Assembly: GCA_963743305.1 (NCBI GenBank)
Contig: CAVUPH010000042.1
Span: forward strand, 1 to 32,000
From: an uncultured delta proteobacterium
GTDB taxonomy: Bacteria > Desulfobacterota > RBG-13-43-22
Reading direction: 5' to 3'
DNA length: 32,000 bases
Of the stretch, positions 10,070 through 17,241 are shown piece after piece. Position numbers and translations under genes: made by a program. The notes below the pieces were generated by a model. The model was not told the DNA's origin. It did no database searches and saw only the letters and a program-made list of their open reading frames with translations. How positions within the stretch are numbered: position 1 is the stretch's first letter; each line of letters begins with the position of its first letter.

Positions 10070-10360
10070 TCAATTAAAAAAATTCTTTAAGGCCGCTACG
10101 GCCTCGGGATCGATAAAATATTCGATTTTTTGCCCGTTCCGCTTCATTCTGATCAAGCCGGCCTGACGCAATTCCTTGATATGATGAGATAATGTGGAAG
10201 GAACGATCCCGAGGTCCTGGCCGAGGTCTCCCACACATGTGCAAACGTCCGGACCGGAATTCGATTTTTCCGGAATGCTCCACACGGTTCCAGGAGAGCA
10301 ACACGAAATTAGTCGCAGGAAAATCCTCAACCGGTTCGGGTTGGAAAGGGCTTTGAACAT
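10070..10360 (-). CDS. arsR: ArsR/SmtB-family metalloregulator
   Basis: 96 aa. FKALSNPNRLRIFLRL..CTCVGDL...STLSHHIKELRQAGLI is the wHTH core with a Cys-containing metalloid site. It is divergent from arsC. Confidence 0.85.
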   Translation of the reverse strand: MFKALSNPNRLRIFLRLISCCSPGTVWSIPEKSNSGPDVCTCVGDLGQDLGIVPSTLSHHIKELRQAGLIRMKRNGQKIEYFIDPEAVAALKNFFN

Positions 10361-10388
10361 TCCGGCAAAACGCTCAATATTTTCATAT

Positions 10389-10434
10389 ATTCGACATATT
10401 TCGAATAATAATATTTTCTTGAAAATATTTCAAG
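10389..10434. promoter_or_regulatory. Two AT-rich palindromes in the arsR/arsC divergent region (candidate ArsR operators)
   Basis: ATTCGA-N6-TCGAAT (10389-10406) and CTTGAAA-ATA-TTTCAAG (10418-10434) lie 30-75 nt upstream of the arsR ATG. Confidence 0.3.
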
Positions 10435-10613
10435 GGAAAAAAGTAAATCGCGATTGGAGCTCTCCGCTGAAGCCTGACCTTGGGCCAGGGGGAATCGATA
10501 TCCCTTACCAAGCCGGCGGGCGGGGACGCCCGCCCTACGTTTTTCAAGAATTTTTTAGAAATTATTTGCTACAATAACTGGCGCTACCAAATTTTTCGGG
10601 TTGGGAGGAGAAA

Positions 10614-11042
10614 ATGGGAATACCGAAAATACTTTTTCTGTGCACCGGCAATTCCTGCCGCAGTCAAATGGCCGAAGGCTGGACCAAGGGCCTCAAAGGC
10701 GATCAACTGGAGGCTTATTCCGCCGGGATCCAACCGAAGGGCGTGGACCCCCGGGCGGTCAAGGTCATGGACGAGGCCGGCATTGATATTTCCGGGCAGA
10801 AGTCCAAGGACATCGACTCCCTGGGCAACCTGGAATTTGAATACGTGGTCACCCTCTGCGACAACGCCCGGGAGTCCTGCCCCTTCTTCCCGGCCAAGAC
10901 GAAGCGGGTCCACATGGGATTTGAGGACCCGCCCCTTTTGGCCGACGGCGCCGCGTCAGAAGAGGAGGCCCTGGTCCCTTACCGGCGGGTGCGGGATGAA
11001 ATCAGGGCTTTTGTCGAATCGCTTCCGGAAGGCCTCGGTTGA
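10614..11042 (+). CDS. arsC: Arsenate reductase, LMW-PTPase/thioredoxin-coupled type
   Basis: 142 aa. It carries the CTGNSCRS P-loop plus the downstream Cys pair in TLCDNARESCP. SD GGGAGGAG is upstream. Confidence 0.9.
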   Translation: MGIPKILFLCTGNSCRSQMAEGWTKGLKGDQLEAYSAGIQPKGVDPRAVKVMDEAGIDISGQKSKDIDSLGNLEFEYVVTLCDNARESCPFFPAKTKRVHMGFEDPPLLADGAASEEEALVPYRRVRDEIRAFVESLPEGLG

Positions 11043-11190
11043 ATGGAATCTATCAGATATGCGGGATTCTACTTATTACCCTACCATCACCCAGAAGCCA
11101 CCCGCGAAGCATGAAAATTTAGGATTAGTTAAATATCAAGGGCACCCATAAATGTTGTGGCAGAAAATCCTAAATGAGGAGGAACGTAAA

Positions 11191-11322
11191 ATGCCGTCAG
11201 GAAAGGAAGTCAGACCGGAAAAGTGGGGCGAAGTCTTGGAACTGTACGACGACGGGAATTATTCGGCTATCTGGAGTTCATATGACGCTTTGAAGACCCA
11301 GAAGCGCCCCGAGTTCGATTAA
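11191..11322 (+). CDS. Possible small ORF (43 aa), unknown function
   Basis: Not in the track (under 60 aa). SD GAGGAGG sits 8 nt before the ATG. Peptide: MPSGKEVRPEKWGEVLELYDDGNYSAIWSSYDALKTQKRPEFD. It overlaps the 3' end of the decayed flavoprotein gene on the other strand. Confidence 0.25.
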   Translation: MPSGKEVRPEKWGEVLELYDDGNYSAIWSSYDALKTQKRPEFD

Positions 11323-11678
11323 CCGCGCGCCCAGGTTCCTGGCCGATTCGATAGCCTCCGGGTCATCCGCTATTTCTCCCACCGCAAAAGCCCGGCCATG
11401 GACCCCTCGGTTGGCCGGTATCATCTCGTGTTCAGGAAAAAGGCCTGAATCGCCGTTATCGCGCTTTCCGCGCCATCTCTCCGGCCCACCACGACGGCGC
11501 CGCCAATCCTATTTCTCAGTTGCCCTTTGATGCACCAGGTGCGATCCATAAATATCTTGAGCTGCCCGGATACATTATTGATGAGGAAATCTCCTCCGGT
11601 TACGGATAAGGTTTCTTTCAGCAGGTAATCGGTGTTGCTGTTTTTCCTTGGGCTTCCGGAAATATACAAGACCTTCAT
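11278..11678 (-). pseudogene. NADPH-dependent FMN reductase / iron-sulfur flavoprotein-like gene with an internal deletion and a frameshift
   Basis: MKVLYISGSPRKNSNTDYLLKETL is the flavodoxin-like N-terminus. It jumps directly to NVSGQLKIFMDRT..LRNRIGGAVVVG, so roughly 50 residues including the usual Cys region are missing. The C-terminus MIPANRGVHGRAFAVGEIADDPEAIESARNLGARLIELG is in another frame. Confidence 0.6.
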
Positions 11679-11709
11679 ACAAGATGCTCTTTCTTAAGCC
11701 TTGGCTATC

Positions 11710-12021
11710 TTAGACAGGGTTATTGGGTCGGTTGACTTCGTCCACTACCCGGCGGACGTCAGCCAGGCATCAGCGACCTTTCGGGTTTTTTGCGGCACAG
11801 TCACACCCACCGGCTTTCTTTGCGGCGGAGATCTTTTCCAGAATCAGGGAACGGCCATTCTTGATGAAATCCTGTTCGATATCCCGCCTGGTATGACCGA
11901 AACAGTAACAAACAAGATCGGTGGTCTGTTTTTCCTCGGGAATCCGGTCATCGGGACGACCCCAAGCGACCGGTATCGGTGCTGTCGGCACAATTAGATT
12001 AATTTCTTTCGCTTTTTTCAT
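11710..12021 (-). CDS. CopZ-N-terminal/BFD-like [2Fe-2S]-binding protein, probable selenoprotein (UGA at 11770-11772 read as Sec)
   Basis: Track ORF 11770..12021 ends ...VCYCFGHTRRDI...GGCDCAAKNPKGR at TGA. The same frame continues C-L-A-D-V-R-R-V-V-D-E-V-N-R-P-N-N-P-V to TAA at 11710-11712. A hairpin (CGUCC/GGACG plus UGAC/GUCA, loop GCCGGGUAGU) starts 8 nt after the UGA. Confidence 0.7.
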
Positions 12022-12052
12022 AAGGTCGCCGAGTGACGGGAGAGCAGGATTC

Positions 12053-13208
12053 TTACTTTTTGGCCTCTCGAACCACTCCTCTGGCTATCCCTACTAAAAG
12101 CAGGAGGAAAAGTCCATATAACCCATAAAAGGAGGCATACCCAACGGAGGAAATTATTCTCCCTCCGATGGCCGTGCCTACGCCGCCGCCGCCCATGAAG
12201 CCGAAAGCCACCAAGGACATGGCGGTACCCCGGGCCATCTTGGCGAATTCCGTCGCGATGGTGATCAGACTGGAATGGGCCAGCATGAATCCAATACCCA
12301 ATAGGGCGATGGCTATGACCAACAGCACGGGTTGTGTAGTGACCGAGAATAGAAGACCATCGGCGATTACGGCCGAGAGAAGGCCAAGACTCAAGGTATT
12401 CAGCCGGCCGATTCGTTGCGCGATTTTTCCCACCAAGCGACCGGTAATCACCGCCCCGGCCCCGAAGGCGGTCAGGATCAAGCCGATAACAAAATAATTA
12501 TAGCTGAAGAGGTATTCGGTATAGGCCCCCAGAGTAGGAAAAAGAGCCGATGATCAGGATACCTTCGAGGAGAACGACGATATAAACCCAAAGACTCCGC
12601 ACATTACGCAGCAAGTCAACATAGGGCTTGAAAAAGCGACTGTTCGGGTTTTTCTTGGAGTGGGCCTGACTACCGACGAGGATCAACAGCAGGGTGGAAA
12701 TAACGGAAAGGGCGGCATAAGTGAAAAAGACCCCCCGCCAACTGACGAAATAGGCAATGGAGCCCCCCACCGCCATGCTCAATCCTTGCCCCAAAAAAGC
12801 GATTCCCATAAAGGTGCCGATGGCCTGCTGACGCCGCTCCATCGGAATCACATCCCCGATCAAGGCCAGTGAAATGGGCATGACCGAGGCCGCAAAAACG
12901 CCGGTGACGGCCCGGTACAGGGCCAGGTCAAAAAGGCCGAGGCCAAGCCCGCACAAGGCCGTGCCGACGGTGAAGAAGATCATGGAGAAGGTGATCACCG
13001 GTCGTTTTCCATAGCGGTCGGCCAGTGGTCCAAAGACCAACTGGAAGAGGCCGAAAGGGATCATATAGGCGCTGATCAACAGTCCGGCCCGAACCGGAGA
13101 AACCTGTAAGGACTTGGCAATAGCCGGGAGGATAGGGGACACCACCCAGTTGTCGGCCATGACCACAAAACCGGCCAGGCCCAGATATTAAAATAAGGCG
13201 ATTTTCAT
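12053..13208 (-). pseudogene. MFS transporter with an early nonsense codon and one frameshift
   Basis: The ATG at 13208 gives MKIALF, then TAA, then YLGLAGFVVMADNWVVSPILPAIA (TM1). ORF 12498..13166 and ORF 12053..12481 join if one nt is corrected at the C5/G5 run near 12527-12533 (..FSYSG / YTEYLFSYNYFVIGLILTAFGAG). Confidence 0.65.
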
Positions 13209-14192
13209 TCATTTCTTTTCCTTTTCCAATGGCTGTTTTTGGAGTGGTAACGGACCCTCCTGTGCGCATAGGTTGCACAAAAGATCCATGGGGGCATAGC
13301 CTTCCGTCTCAAACTGCAAAATGGGGTGATCGACTTTAAATCGGCGGTAGAGCAGCTCCCGGACCCGGGCGGCTATTTCATCCACCTTACTCAGTGGCTG
13401 GTCGGGTACAATGATATGGGCCGCCAAAGCGATACTTCCTGAGGAAGGGTTCCAGACATGGAGATGGTGCATGCCCTTAATACCTTCTAATGCCTCCACC
13501 TCCTGTTGTATGGATTGGAGATTCATGCCCGGAGGGGCGGCATTCATTAATATGAGCAGGGCCTCTTTAATAATTCCCCAGCCGCTATAAAGGATCAAGG
13601 CGACGATAGCCCAGGAAATCAGAGGATCGAGCCAGTACCAGGGACGGAAGATCCAAATTACGCCTAAAAGTGCCACGCCGATGGAAGTCAGGGCATCGAC
13701 GAGCATATGCAGGAAGGCCCCCCGCAGATTCAGATTTTCTTTCGCTCCGGAGTGCAATAGTAAGGTGGACAGGCCGTTGGCCGCAAAAGCGGCCAGGGCC
13801 ACCCAGATGACGATCGTTCCTTGAATAGGGACAGGATTTTTCAGGCGGCCCCAACCGGCTGCGGCGATATAAAAGGCGGCCCCGAAGAGGAGGGCCACAT
13901 TGAAGACGGCGGCCATCACCTCCACCCGCCGATAGCCGAAGGTTTGGTTCAGGCTGGGTCCTCGACCGCCGATCTTCAGGGCGGCATAACTGATCATCAA
14001 GGAGGTCAGGTCGCTCAGGTTATGCAGGGCATCGCTGATTAAGGCCATGCTGCCCGCTATGATCCCGGCATAGATCTCGATCAAGGGAATGATCAGATTC
14101 AGGATCATGGTCAGGATCAAACGCCGGCCCCAGGGGATTTCCGCTTGATTATGATTATGAGACCCTATTTCCAAGGCCGAGCCCTCCATCAC
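13209..14192 (-). CDS. Cation diffusion facilitator (CzcD/ZitB-like) metal exporter
   Basis: 327 aa with six TM helices. SDALHNLSDL and HMLVDALTS are CDF signatures, and a C-terminal cytoplasmic domain is present. It overlaps the ccdA stop by 4 nt. Confidence 0.9.
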   Translation of the reverse strand: MMEGSALEIGSHNHNQAEIPWGRRLILTMILNLIIPLIEIYAGIIAGSMALISDALHNLSDLTSLMISYAALKIGGRGPSLNQTFGYRRVEVMAAVFNVALLFGAAFYIAAAGWGRLKNPVPIQGTIVIWVALAAFAANGLSTLLLHSGAKENLNLRGAFLHMLVDALTSIGVALLGVIWIFRPWYWLDPLISWAIVALILYSGWGIIKEALLILMNAAPPGMNLQSIQQEVEALEGIKGMHHLHVWNPSSGSIALAAHIIVPDQPLSKVDEIAARVRELLYRRFKVDHPILQFETEGYAPMDLLCNLCAQEGPLPLQKQPLEKEKK

Positions 14193-14896
14193 GAAAAAAA
14201 GAAGGGGTTAATGATAAAATAAATTCCCAGCATTCCGATAAGGACCCCGGCCAGGCGGCGGAACCATTGGCTGCCGGTCTGCCAGGACCGGTTTTCAACC
14301 ACTTTGCGGACGGCGGCGGTGGAACTCCCGGCAATGACGATGGGCAGGCAATGGCCGACGGCGAACAGCAGGATCAGCAGCAGGCCGAAGGACACTTCCT
14401 TCTGCACGGAGATAATGGCCAATATCGGGGCGATAAAACCAAAAGTGCAGGAACCGGAAAGCACCCCGTAGGCCAATCCCAGGATCAGTGCCCCGAAGAG
14501 ACCTTTCAACTTAAGGCGGTATAACAGACTGCCGGACATGGAAAACTTTTCCACTCCCAGCATGCCCAGGGCCACCCAGATCAGGATCACTCCCACCAGG
14601 ATCTGCCAATAGTTGCCGATATCGCCCAGTATCCGGCCGAGCAGCACGGAGATGACTCCAATCAGGGCAATGGTAATAAAAAGTCCGGTGGTGAAGATTA
14701 TGGAATAATAGCCCGCCTGCCGGGGCTGGAGGACCCGCTCCTGTCCTCCCACATAAGCCACGATCAAAGGGATGGAAGCCAGGTGGCAGGGGCTGAAGAG
14801 GACGCTGACCATACCCCAGAGAAAAGATCCCCAAAAGGCGATAGCCGTTCCCCCGGCCAGCCATTCGTTGATGGTCAGGAAAATTTGCTCCATCAT
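14189..14896 (-). CDS. ccdA: CcdA/DsbD-family thiol-disulfide electron transporter (transmembrane)
   Basis: 235 aa, polytopic, with the two conserved Cys in FSPCHLASIP and SGSCTFGF. Confidence 0.85.
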   Translation of the reverse strand: MMEQIFLTINEWLAGGTAIAFWGSFLWGMVSVLFSPCHLASIPLIVAYVGGQERVLQPRQAGYYSIIFTTGLFITIALIGVISVLLGRILGDIGNYWQILVGVILIWVALGMLGVEKFSMSGSLLYRLKLKGLFGALILGLAYGVLSGSCTFGFIAPILAIISVQKEVSFGLLLILLFAVGHCLPIVIAGSSTAAVRKVVENRSWQTGSQWFRRLAGVLIGMLGIYFIINPFFFS

Positions 14897-14899
14897 CGG

Positions 14900-15286
14900 T
14901 TAATTGACCCCTAATTTTTTGAGAACGGCGACGATATCTTTTTCGCTCATGAAGCCTTCGTGGCGATAGACCTCTTTGCCTTTTTTATCGTAAAAAATCT
15001 GGGTGGGGATCACCCGGATCTTGAAGGGCTCGGCCCCGTCCGGATTTTTCCAGACATCGACAAACACAACGGCCGCCTTGCCCTGATAGACTTTTTCCAG
15101 TTTTTCCAGAATGGGCGCCATCATCTTACAGGGAATGCAGGAGCCGGCGCCCAGGTCCACCAGTGTGACCATTCCTTTGACCGGGATTTCCGGGGAAGGC
15201 CCGGCCCAGGAAGGTCCCACTCCCAGTATAACCAAAAATCCGATCAGGAGCACAACCCCAAGTTTTTGATAAGGCAGATTATTCAT
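14900..15286 (-). CDS. Membrane-anchored/periplasmic thioredoxin-fold protein (CIPC)
   Basis: 128 aa. An N-terminal hydrophobic anchor is followed by VDLGAGSCIPCKMMAPILEKL and a thioredoxin fold. Confidence 0.85.
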   Translation of the reverse strand: MNNLPYQKLGVVLLIGFLVILGVGPSWAGPSPEIPVKGMVTLVDLGAGSCIPCKMMAPILEKLEKVYQGKAAVVFVDVWKNPDGAEPFKIRVIPTQIFYDKKGKEVYRHEGFMSEKDIVAVLKKLGVN

Positions 15287-15321
15287 CTGTAATTTTCCTT
15301 CCTTTCAAATCATTCCGGCCA

Positions 15322-16242
15322 TCAATTGGTGAGACCCAATTGGGCAAGTTTTTTTTCGATTTCCACCTCGGGGAAAAAGCCGGAATGGCGGAAAACTTCG
15401 GTTCCGGTTTTATCAAAAAAGACCTGCACCGGGACGAACCGGATTCCAAACCGGGTGGCCAAGAACTGTTCTTCTTGAACATGAACGAAAAACACATTTA
15501 ATTTTCCCTGGTATTTCTTTTTCAGTTTGTCCAATATGGGGGTCATCAGATCACAAGGGCCGCAGCCGGTGGAGCCAAAATCCACCAGGCTCGGTTTCCC
15601 GGACAGGCGCAATTTGTCCACCGGATGGTCCCGGGCCAGAAGGGCCTGTTTTTTAATCCAGGACTCGTCCACATAAATCGAGCTTCGCCGGGACAAGGTC
15701 TGGATGTAGCTTTCCATCGCTTTTTTCTGTTCCTGCTGGAGAAGGACCATCCTCAATATGCCCCTGACCTCTTCCAGGGGCGCTCCACCGAAAGAGGACT
15801 TATTTTCCTCATAGGAGCGGATCAGGTCTTCCTCGGACACCTGGATGTTTTTCACCTTTTCTCCGAGAAAGTCGCGAATCATCTGAGTTTCGTCTTTGGT
15901 CTTTTTATGCCCGGCGGCCCGGGCTTCTTGAAGCACAAGAGCATTGGAAGCCAAGTTTTCCAGAAGAAAAACTTCGTTTTTCTTGAGTTGCGCCTGGAGG
16001 GGGGCGGGTGCCTTGTTAATGGTTTGCGCCAATTCGGCCGCTTTGATGGTCACTTTATCGACGGTCAGGAGCGTTCCCGGGGGCAATTTGGCCAGGTAGG
16101 CCGTTTTTAAAATACCGTCAGCCAATCCGGGATAGGTCGCCTCAACGGTTTTGTGATCCTGGGCCAGGGCATTTTGGAAGAACCCGAGAGTTAAAAACAG
16201 GAACGTCGTAAAGACCGCAGGGCCTATTCTCGGGAAGGGCAT
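15322..16242 (-). CDS. Exported fusion protein: SurA-N/PpiD-like chaperone region plus C-terminal thioredoxin domain (CGPC)
   Basis: 306 aa. A signal peptide ends ALAQ. A helical region of about 190 aa resembles SurA N-terminal-type chaperone domains. Then VDFGSTGCGPCDLMTPILDKL begins a thioredoxin domain clearly paralogous to ORF 14900..15286. Confidence 0.75.
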   Translation of the reverse strand: MPFPRIGPAVFTTFLFLTLGFFQNALAQDHKTVEATYPGLADGILKTAYLAKLPPGTLLTVDKVTIKAAELAQTINKAPAPLQAQLKKNEVFLLENLASNALVLQEARAAGHKKTKDETQMIRDFLGEKVKNIQVSEEDLIRSYEENKSSFGGAPLEEVRGILRMVLLQQEQKKAMESYIQTLSRRSSIYVDESWIKKQALLARDHPVDKLRLSGKPSLVDFGSTGCGPCDLMTPILDKLKKKYQGKLNVFFVHVQEEQFLATRFGIRFVPVQVFFDKTGTEVFRHSGFFPEVEIEKKLAQLGLTN

Positions 16243-16330
16243 CTTTTTTCCACCTTTCTGATTTTGTATTTCCGATTTATGGAAGCACCGGCCAGGGTTA
16301 TCCGGACTGGTGCCTTTGATCTGTCACGTT

Positions 16331-16537
16331 CTAGCCACAGCAGGACGAACGGGAGGCGTCTGCCAGTGCCAGGGGGAGAATGATCTCCTGGACCTGAGAT
16401 CGGGGCCAGGGTCAGGTCGGGGCGACGCTGGCCCCGGTCGCTTTGGCGGCCTGATTGGACAACTCGGCCACATTCGAGCCACCCAAATGGGCCGGGATCA
16501 TGATATTCTCGGAAGGGGCGCAGCAGTTTTCAACCAT
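16331..16537 (-). CDS. Unannotated small ORF: 41 codons, in-frame UGA (16412-16414), 26 more codons. Candidate novel small selenoprotein with terminal Cys pairs.
   Basis: SD GGAGGAG (16545-16551) lies 7 nt before the ATG at 16537 and 20 nt after the thioredoxin stop. Peptide: MVENCCAPSENIMIPAHLGGSNVAELSNQAAKATGASVAPT-UGA-PWPRSQVQEIILPLALADASRSSCCG, stop TAG 16331-16333. The hairpin GAUCUC-AGGUCCAG-GAGAUC (16401-16382) starts 11 nt after the UGA. Confidence 0.4.
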
Positions 16538-16556
16538 AACGGCTCTCCTCCAAAAT

Positions 16557-16790
16557 CTATGGTTTAATCCACTTCAAAACTTCTTCTTTTTTCGGGATTT
16601 TTCCCATGGATCTAACCTGCCCATCCACCACCACGGCGGGCGTCCCAAAAACCCCGTAGCCGGCTATCTCCTTAATATCGGTCACTTTTTCAATTTCGGC
16701 CTGAACCCCGCTAGCGGCTACGGTTTCTCTAACTATCTTTTCCGTCTGCTGGCACCTCGGACAACCCGGCCCCAAAACCTTGATTTTCAC
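16557..16790 (-). CDS. Small thioredoxin-family protein (redox-active disulfide protein 2 type, CPRC)
   Basis: VKIKVLGPGCPRCQQTEKIV...GVFGTPAVVVDGQV. The likely GTG start at 16790 is preceded by AAGGAGG; the track ORF extends to 16817. Confidence 0.85.
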   Translation of the reverse strand: MKIKVLGPGCPRCQQTEKIVRETVAASGVQAEIEKVTDIKEIAGYGVFGTPAVVVDGQVRSMGKIPKKEEVLKWIKP

Positions 16791-16903
16791 GGAATAACCT
16801 CCTTGGAGAATGACCACACCGCATGCTTTCTGATGGGGCCATTCGCGAATAAAAATTATATAATAACTATATGCCTATCAAGTTATAATTTCAACAAAAA
16901 AAT

Positions 16904-17230
16904 TTATAAATGGGAAAGGATTTCCCGCTGCTCCCGGGCTTGATTTTTGAGCATCAGAGAAACTCCATTGATCAGACCCAGGACTTCTTTGTTTTTAATC
17001 CAATAGAACACCCGCAGGCCTTCTTTTCTGGAGTCCAGGATCCCGGATTGCTTAAGGATGGTCAGGTGTTTGGAGACATTCGCCTGTTCCTGGTCGATAG
17101 CCGGGAAAATTTCACAGACGCAGCGTTCGCCGTTTTTCAATAAATCCAGGATCTGCAGCCGGGTAGGCTGTCCCAGGGCTTTGAGAAAAACCGCCTGGTT
17201 TTCATAGACTTTCTGTTGAATATTTTCCAT
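16904..17230 (-). CDS. arsR: ArsR/SmtB-family regulator with CVC metalloid-site motif
   Basis: 108 aa: FLKALGQPTRLQILDLLKNGERCVCEIF...VSKHLTILKQSGIL. Confidence 0.85.
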   Translation of the reverse strand: MENIQQKVYENQAVFLKALGQPTRLQILDLLKNGERCVCEIFPAIDQEQANVSKHLTILKQSGILDSRKEGLRVFYWIKNKEVLGLINGVSLMLKNQAREQREILSHL

Positions 17231-17241
17231 AATTATATGGT

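Noticed and set aside
10480-11151. 223-aa + strand ORF overlapping arsC in another frame
   Set aside because: The arsC frame (10614..11042) has all catalytic motifs. The alternative frame is Pro/Arg/Trp-rich with no signature.
16310-16567. 85-aa + strand ORF opposite the candidate small selenoprotein ORF
   Set aside because: It has no SD, a Gly/Arg-rich shadow composition, and is antisense in an otherwise uniformly minus-strand operon. The minus-strand ORF has a textbook SD and spacing.
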